A stretch of DNA of 64,000 nt, from positions 800,001-864,000 of the forward strand of contig CAXXDQ010000007.1 of NCBI GenBank assembly GCA_963664325.2, written 5' to 3'. This DNA comes from Desulfomonilia bacterium (lineage in GTDB: Bacteria; Desulfobacterota; Desulfomonilia; UBA1062). Both the position numbers and the translations under genes were made by a program. The notes beneath the pieces were generated by a model that did not search any database, was not told where the DNA came from, and saw only the letters and a program-made list of their open reading frames with translations. This document shows positions 58,333-64,000 of this stretch, piece by piece (position 1 is the first letter of the stretch; every line of letters begins with the position of its first letter).

Positions 58333-60090
58333 ATGCATCCGTTAAAGCTTATCGTCCTCCTGGGATTTATACTGAGCGTTGCCGCGTGCAGTTCCTCATC
58401 GGGTAATGAACCGACTCCGGTCAGCATTTGCATAATACATCTGAACGACACTCACTCGCATCTTGACCCCCTATCGAACGAAGAGCTGTATTTTGACGGC
58501 GTGAAAACCAGGACCGATCTCGGCGGCGCTTCCAGGATGAAAACCGCTATTGAGGCCCTCGGCGCGGACAAGGAGAATATTTTGGTTCTCCATGCCGGCG
58601 ATGCGGTTCAGGGGACTTTGTATTATACCGCCTTCAACGGGGAAGCCGATTTTGCCCTGCTAAATTATTACGGGTTGGATGCCATGACACTCGGCAATCA
58701 CGAGTTCGACAAGGGGCCTCAAAGCGTTTCAAACTATATTGCCTGGGCTCATTTCCCGATACTGTCCGCCAATATTGATGCGGATAATGAACCCCTGCTG
58801 AAAGGGAAAATACTGCCCTTCACCCTCAAGATTTTCGGCGACAACGTCATCGGAATCATCGGCGCCACCACAAAAGACACGGAAAGCACTTCAAGCCCGG
58901 GCGATAATGTCAAGTTCAATGACGTTGAAGAAAGCGTCAGTAATACGGTCGCTACTCTTCAGCGCTACGGCCTGAATAAAATCATCGTGCTGTCCCATAT
59001 CGGATACGAGGAAGACATTGAACTGGCAGAGTCTGTTCCGGGAATTGACGTCATCGTGGGAGGGCACTCCCATACATTGCTCGGTAACCAGGCTGAGTTT
59101 GCGGATTTCGGCATAACGGTTCCCGCGGGTTATGACTATCCGACGGTGGTGAAAAGCCCTGAAGGGAAAAATGTGCTCGTGGTGCAGGCCTGGTGCTGGG
59201 GCCGCGCGATCGGCGAACTTGATGTGAATTTTGACAGGAACGGAGATATCGCCTCATACGGAGGACATCCCTATCTTTTGAATTCGGAAAGCTTCAAACA
59301 GAATTACGGGGCGGGATGGGTAGTCGTCGGCCCGGATATCAGGGACCGGATCATGGCGCTGATCCTCGGGTCCGAACTGCTGGAAGTCTTTGAAGAAGAT
59401 GCACAGGCCGCGGCTATTCTACAGCCATATACCGACCAGATCGAGGAAAAGAAGAAAACCGTCGTCGCTCTCGCTTCCGATGACATCCTGAGGGGGAGTG
59501 CGGCGAGCAGCTTCAACTCGGGTCCGGGCCCTGTTGCAGCCGACAGCATGGTCTTTAAGACCATCTCCCAGGGCGCGACCATCGCCATCCTGCCCAGGGG
59601 CGGAGTCAAGGCGGATTTCCTTGCCGGAAACATCACAATGGGCGACGTGCTTTCCGTGCTGCCCTATAACTCCCTGCTCTGCACAATAGAAATGACAGGC
59701 ACCGAGGTCAAGAACGCGCTTGAAGACGGCATCGATTACCAGGTGGTGAACAATCCGCGCGGCCCTTCGAACTGCCCCTGGTATCCGTATGTTTCAGGGT
59801 TGAAGTTCGATGTGATTGAAAACGCCGCAAAAGGTTCCCGTGTGACGAACATCCAGTACAGGAGCACCCTGGGCGGCAGCTACACCGATTTCGACCTTGA
59901 TGCAACCTACAGGATTACAGTGACTTCATATGTGGCCGGAGGCGGAGACGGGTATACGACGCTTAAAAACATCCCTGCCGCCAGGAAAACAGATACCGGA
60001 TTCATTGACTCGGATGCCTTCAGCGAGTATCTTGTTTCCCTGGGTACCGTCTCGAATCCCACTGAAGTGAGGGTGACGGTAACATATTAA
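58333..60090 (+). CDS. 5'-nucleotidase lipoprotein (UshA/NadN-like)
   Basis: Lipobox VAAC; NDTHSH, AGDAVQG, GNHEFD, LSHIG and GGHSH; C-terminal YVAGGGDGY. Confidence 0.92.
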   Translation: MHPLKLIVLLGFILSVAACSSSSGNEPTPVSICIIHLNDTHSHLDPLSNEELYFDGVKTRTDLGGASRMKTAIEALGADKENILVLHAGDAVQGTLYYTAFNGEADFALLNYYGLDAMTLGNHEFDKGPQSVSNYIAWAHFPILSANIDADNEPLLKGKILPFTLKIFGDNVIGIIGATTKDTESTSSPGDNVKFNDVEESVSNTVATLQRYGLNKIIVLSHIGYEEDIELAESVPGIDVIVGGHSHTLLGNQAEFADFGITVPAGYDYPTVVKSPEGKNVLVVQAWCWGRAIGELDVNFDRNGDIASYGGHPYLLNSESFKQNYGAGWVVVGPDIRDRIMALILGSELLEVFEEDAQAAAILQPYTDQIEEKKKTVVALASDDILRGSAASSFNSGPGPVAADSMVFKTISQGATIAILPRGGVKADFLAGNITMGDVLSVLPYNSLLCTIEMTGTEVKNALEDGIDYQVVNNPRGPSNCPWYPYVSGLKFDVIENAAKGSRVTNIQYRSTLGGSYTDFDLDATYRITVTSYVAGGGDGYTTLKNIPAARKTDTGFIDSDAFSEYLVSLGTVSNPTEVRVTVTY

Positions 60091-60108
60091 AGGATCAGGG
60101 GGGGGAAC

Positions 60109-60444
60109 ATGATTGCATACTGCGGACTTGACTGCGACAGGTGCGATGCGTTTATTGCAACGGCTACGAATGACGATGCGATGAGAGCACGGGTGGCCGA
60201 AATCTGGGCACGGGAATACAATGTGTCCGTCAGGCCCGAAGACATAAACTGCACAGGCTGCAAGTCCGACGGCCCCAGGGTCCATTACTGCGAGAGCATG
60301 TGCGGGATCAGGAAATGCGCGGTGAAGATGAACCTGTCCACATGCGCGGCATGTGCGGATTATCCCTGCAAACCGCTCGAGGATACCATCTTCGGACATG
60401 CGCCCGATGCCAAAGCAAGACTGGACGCGCTGCGCAGGGCATAA
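60109..60444 (+). CDS. DUF3795 Cys-rich protein
   Basis: AYCGLDCDRC, CTGC, CGIRKC and CAACADYPC. Confidence 0.85.
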   Translation: MIAYCGLDCDRCDAFIATATNDDAMRARVAEIWAREYNVSVRPEDINCTGCKSDGPRVHYCESMCGIRKCAVKMNLSTCAACADYPCKPLEDTIFGHAPDAKARLDALRRA

Positions 60445-60543
60445 TTTAAGCGGCTTATAAATGCGGGACGGCAGAGCTCAACCGGACGCCATAAATAACA
60501 GCCTACATTTTGCACGCCGCCCGCATGTATTTATTAAACCCCG

Positions 60544-60999
60544 ATGAGGCTATGGTCTGTTCATCCGAAATATCTTGATCCCTCAGGGCTTGCCGCCTTG
60601 TGGAGGGAAGCCCTGCTTGCAAAAAAAGTGCTGGAAGGTGGGACAAAGGGATACAGAAACCATCCCCAGCTTGAACGGTTCAAAATGACATTAAATCCTG
60701 TTGCAGCGATTAATGCATACCTTCAGGAAGTTTGCGCAGAGGCCCGGTCAAGAGGATATAAGTTTAACGCTTCAAGGATCGGGAATATATCATCCGACGG
60801 GAAAATCACCGTGACATCTGGTCAGCTGGAATATGAATGGCGGCATCTTTTAGCCAAACTGGAGAAAAGATCCCCGGAATGGCTTATGAAATATTCAGGG
60901 GTTGCCTCACCGGAACCGCACCCTTTATTCAGAGCGGTTAAAGGGGATATTGAAGAATGGGAAAGGTATAAGGATGAAGGTTTATCATCAACAGAGTGA
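60544..60999 (+). CDS. Pyrimidine dimer DNA glycosylase/endonuclease V (T4 DenV-like)
   Basis: MRLWSVHPKYLD..GL.ALWREALLA, GYRNHPQL.RF and EA..RGYKF. Confidence 0.88.
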   Translation: MRLWSVHPKYLDPSGLAALWREALLAKKVLEGGTKGYRNHPQLERFKMTLNPVAAINAYLQEVCAEARSRGYKFNASRIGNISSDGKITVTSGQLEYEWRHLLAKLEKRSPEWLMKYSGVASPEPHPLFRAVKGDIEEWERYKDEGLSSTE

Positions 61000-61207
61000 A
61001 TCATATCTTTGATAATGCGAGGGGAAGATATGAGAAATCTGTCCCCTGTTCTTGCTTTGTAAGACCTGCCGTTTCGATATTTCATCGACATCTGCGAACT
61101 TTATGGATTACGGCCATTTTTCTTGCAAGGCGGGCTTTTTTGAACTAAAAAATGTATTCTTTGGTCTCCTTTGAATCTCAGCCGAATATTAACCAGCGAG
61201 GTGACGT

Positions 61208-61990
61208 ATGGACTACCGGAACAAAGTGATACTCATTACCGGGGCCTCTTCGGGCATCGGCCGGGCCACGGCCCTGGCCCTGAGCCGCCACAGCAATACC
61301 CTGGTTATTACCGCCCGTCGCCAGGCCCTTCTTGACCAGACCGCCGAGCTTATCCGCGGCAACGGGAGCCGATGCCTGGCCATAGCCGGCGATGCACTGG
61401 CCGAGGGACATGCCGATTCGGTGGTCGAGAAGACGATTGAGCTGTACGGGCGCATCGACATCGCTATTCTGAACATCGGCCACGGCCCCTGCTCCAACAC
61501 ACTTACAACCCCCAGGGAAACGCTGCTGTACTGCATGCGGTCCAACTACGACAGCATGATAAATTTCTACTGCCCGCTGATACGGCAGATGAAGAAGCAG
61601 ACAACCCCGTGCATGATCGCTCACATGAACTCTCAAGCCACCTATTTCGGAATCCCAATGCAGGGTGATTACACCGCAGCCAAAGGCGCGGCACGGCTTT
61701 TCCTCGAGACCGCCCGCATGGAACTCAGGCATTTCAGGCACAGACATATCCTCATCCAGACGATCCATCCGGGGTTCGTGGACACCGAAATCTGCCGCAA
61801 CGACGGCCTCCCCAAACCCAACGAGATCAGTGAAGAAAAGGCGGCCGAATATGTACTTAAAGGCATTCGCAGCGAGGTGCGCGAGAACCTTTTCCCGCCC
61901 GGCACCAAATGGGCCACATGGCTGGGGCGGATCGTGCCCCATGGGATACTTACGCGGGTCCTTTTATCAACCATCCCGGATAATTATTGA
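61208..61990 (+). CDS. SDR family oxidoreductase
   Basis: TGASSGIG, YTAAK and HPGFVDT. Confidence 0.9.
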   Translation: MDYRNKVILITGASSGIGRATALALSRHSNTLVITARRQALLDQTAELIRGNGSRCLAIAGDALAEGHADSVVEKTIELYGRIDIAILNIGHGPCSNTLTTPRETLLYCMRSNYDSMINFYCPLIRQMKKQTTPCMIAHMNSQATYFGIPMQGDYTAAKGAARLFLETARMELRHFRHRHILIQTIHPGFVDTEICRNDGLPKPNEISEEKAAEYVLKGIRSEVRENLFPPGTKWATWLGRIVPHGILTRVLLSTIPDNY

Positions 61991-62030
61991 AGAGGGCACC
62001 GAAAGCCATGAGACCCGGATATGTAAAAAT

Positions 62031-62978
62031 ATGAGCAATGCCATAATTGACAGGATTTTAAAAAAGGCGGACCTTCCAGGACTGGTCGATGTGCTGACCG
62101 GCAGGCTCAGCCAGAGCGAGCTTCAGTCCCTGCTCATCGAAGTCTGCAGGCAGAGGGCCGGCGGGATTGACCCGGCCCGCCTGTTAGATTCCTACAAAAC
62201 CAACAGGTTTGTACGGCCCTCGGGGATCGCTCCTGAAAAGATGCTCGAGTTTGACCTGCTCGCATTTTCGCTTTTACCCGAATCGTACGAACCGATCGAG
62301 CTCTCGCCCGTAGGCCCGCTCGGAGCCTGCTCGGCTGTTGCGCCCGTATCGCAGAACAACATCCTGAGCACGACCAGGAACACCGAGGTCTGCTCCGATT
62401 CTACAAACATGATGGCTCTCGAATGTGCAGTCAGGCGGGAGGCCTTGTTGAAGGTTAACAGAAAAGACACAAAAAAAATAAAACTCTGCTCCAGCCATCG
62501 CCTGCTCAGAACGCAGGCCTTCGAGGGGCCCGCGACCATGTCCCATTTCAGGCTTTTCTCACTCTCGGCCGCAGGAAGGGATGAGGGTTCTTATGCATTC
62601 GAAAGAGCGGTGCTCGATGAGCAGGTCAGGTTTTTCATTAAACTGCTGATGAATGCAGGCGCCCTTGACATGAACATTTCCAGGATCAGGCTGGTTGCCA
62701 AAGTTGCCGATGAAGCCTTTACGCCAGGGCTCAAAGAAATGATTGATGCGCTCAGCCGGGATTTTCCCGGGCTAACAGCCGGGATCGAGACTATGGAGAA
62801 AGCTCAGAGCTATTACAGAACGCTGAGGTACAACTTATTCGCGACAAACGTTTCCGGCGCGGAATATTTCATATGCGACGGGGGTTTCACAGACTGGACG
62901 GCCAGGCTTTTGAACAACAGCAAGGAAAGATACCTCATAAGCGGTTTCGGGACAGAGAGGCTGTTAACCGCTTTTTAA
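62031..62978 (+). CDS. Hypothetical protein with class II aminoacyl-tRNA synthetase-like (HisRS/HisZ-like) catalytic-fold motifs
   Basis: Probable start ATG 62031; HRLLRTQ...HFRLF (motif 2-like), YYRTLRY, ICDGG and SGFGTERL (motif 3-like). The upstream part of the ORF-track entry is only overlap with the SDR gene. Confidence 0.6.
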   Translation: MSNAIIDRILKKADLPGLVDVLTGRLSQSELQSLLIEVCRQRAGGIDPARLLDSYKTNRFVRPSGIAPEKMLEFDLLAFSLLPESYEPIELSPVGPLGACSAVAPVSQNNILSTTRNTEVCSDSTNMMALECAVRREALLKVNRKDTKKIKLCSSHRLLRTQAFEGPATMSHFRLFSLSAAGRDEGSYAFERAVLDEQVRFFIKLLMNAGALDMNISRIRLVAKVADEAFTPGLKEMIDALSRDFPGLTAGIETMEKAQSYYRTLRYNLFATNVSGAEYFICDGGFTDWTARLLNNSKERYLISGFGTERLLTAF

Positions 62979-63107
62979 CTCCGGTCCTGACTTTCATTGA
63001 GCCCCTGCATGGCCGGGTTTCTAAGCCGGAGAAGCTGAGAGTTTCATCCTTTTCTCAAGTATTGAGGCCCGGCGCAGGGCGTTCCGGTTCACCGGATGGA
63101 GGGTAAT

Positions 63108-63857
63108 ATGAATTTTATTTCAGTTGAGAGACATGACAATATCGCAACATTGGCTCTCAAAAGAGACAGGGTCAACGCGCTGAACAGTTCTGTTGTCGGC
63201 GAACTGGCCGAAGCGTTCAGATGTCTCGAAGACGATGCAGCAGTTAAGTCGGTTATATTGACCGGGACGGGAGCCTTCTTTTCCTTCGGCTTCGACATAC
63301 CGGAATTCCTGCCGTACCCGAAAGAGCGGTTCACCGAATATCTGAATGGCTTTACGGCCTTCTACACATACCTTTTCATGTATCCCAAACCAGTGATCGC
63401 GGCGCTCAACGGCCACACCATAGCAGGCGGCTGCATGATAGCCCTTGCATGCGACTACCGTGTGATGGTCACGGGCAGGGCCAGGATTTCCTTGAACGAG
63501 ATCGCATTCGGTTCGTCGGTTTTTGCAGGAAGCACCGAAATGCTCAGGTTCTGGTGCGGCGGTTCAAATGCTGCAAAAATACTCTATTCAGGCGGCATGT
63601 TCGGGGCCGAAGAAGCCCTCGAAATGGGATTGATAAACAAGGCGTCCGTTGAATCAGACCTCATGCCGCATGCAACAGCCCAGGCCGTTGACATGGGAGC
63701 CAAAGACCCGAAGGCGTTTGCAAGCATCAAGAAGCTGCTCAGGGGCCCTATCGCAGAAAAGATGAAATCGCGTGAGGCGGCCTCGATAAGGGAATTCGCC
63801 GACATCTGGTACTCGGAAGCATGCCGGGAAAACCTCAAGAATATAAAGATCCGCTGA
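63108..63857 (+). CDS. Enoyl-CoA hydratase/isomerase family protein
   Basis: VNAL, FSFGFDI, PKPVIAALNGHTIAGG and AEEALEMGLI; GGAGG RBS. Confidence 0.92.
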   Translation: MNFISVERHDNIATLALKRDRVNALNSSVVGELAEAFRCLEDDAAVKSVILTGTGAFFSFGFDIPEFLPYPKERFTEYLNGFTAFYTYLFMYPKPVIAALNGHTIAGGCMIALACDYRVMVTGRARISLNEIAFGSSVFAGSTEMLRFWCGGSNAAKILYSGGMFGAEEALEMGLINKASVESDLMPHATAQAVDMGAKDPKAFASIKKLLRGPIAEKMKSREAASIREFADIWYSEACRENLKNIKIR

Positions 63858-64000
63858 TTAACTTCCTGTCCGGGAAGACAATAAGCGCCCGGCCCCGGTC
63901 CCTGATAAGAATTGCCAGGAACAAGGCCGGACGCCTTCGTCCGTTATTTCAGATCAGTTTATCGCCCCGCCGTATGACGTGGCATCATCAAGTATCAATT

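Overview
Bacterial genomic window of moderate GC; gene content suggests an anaerobic delta-proteobacterium (Desulfobacterota/Syntrophales-like), which is inference only. No rRNA, tRNA or CRISPR array was recognised. Layout: (1) 1.5-12.7 kb holds an envelope-spanning Ser/Thr-phosphorylation locus. It encodes three CsgG/FlgO-like proteins (one fused to a CxxC-less thioredoxin fold, TPRs and an FlgT-C-like tail), an Ig/cadherin-repeat lipoprotein, an outer-membrane beta-barrel, a membrane kinase with a PEGA domain, a trypsin-like protease, a PP2C phosphatase and a divergent dual-FHA protein. This is the best candidate for an undescribed system. (2) 12771-13889 is a transposase-less mobile cassette with 19-bp terminal inverted repeats, an exact 8-bp target duplication and two passenger genes. 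(3) 25.7-33.5 kb is a stand-alone T6SS spike cluster (vgrG, DUF3592-like, DUF2169-pentapeptide, pentapeptide, DUF3540, DUF4150/PAAR-like) with no visible toxin; an isolated clpV/tssH lies at 41.4-44.1 kb. (4) 37.6-40.1 kb is a small defence-like island with an internally deleted Phd antitoxin, an HI1419/HI1420-type toxin-antitoxin pair and an AT-rich TOPRIM-motif protein. (5) Palindromic MITE/REP-like repeats are dispersed through intergenic regions. (6) The rest is mostly metabolic or housekeeping enzymes, including a class II aaRS/HisZ-like orphan at 62.0-63.0 kb. All calls come from reading motifs by eye; no database searches were run.
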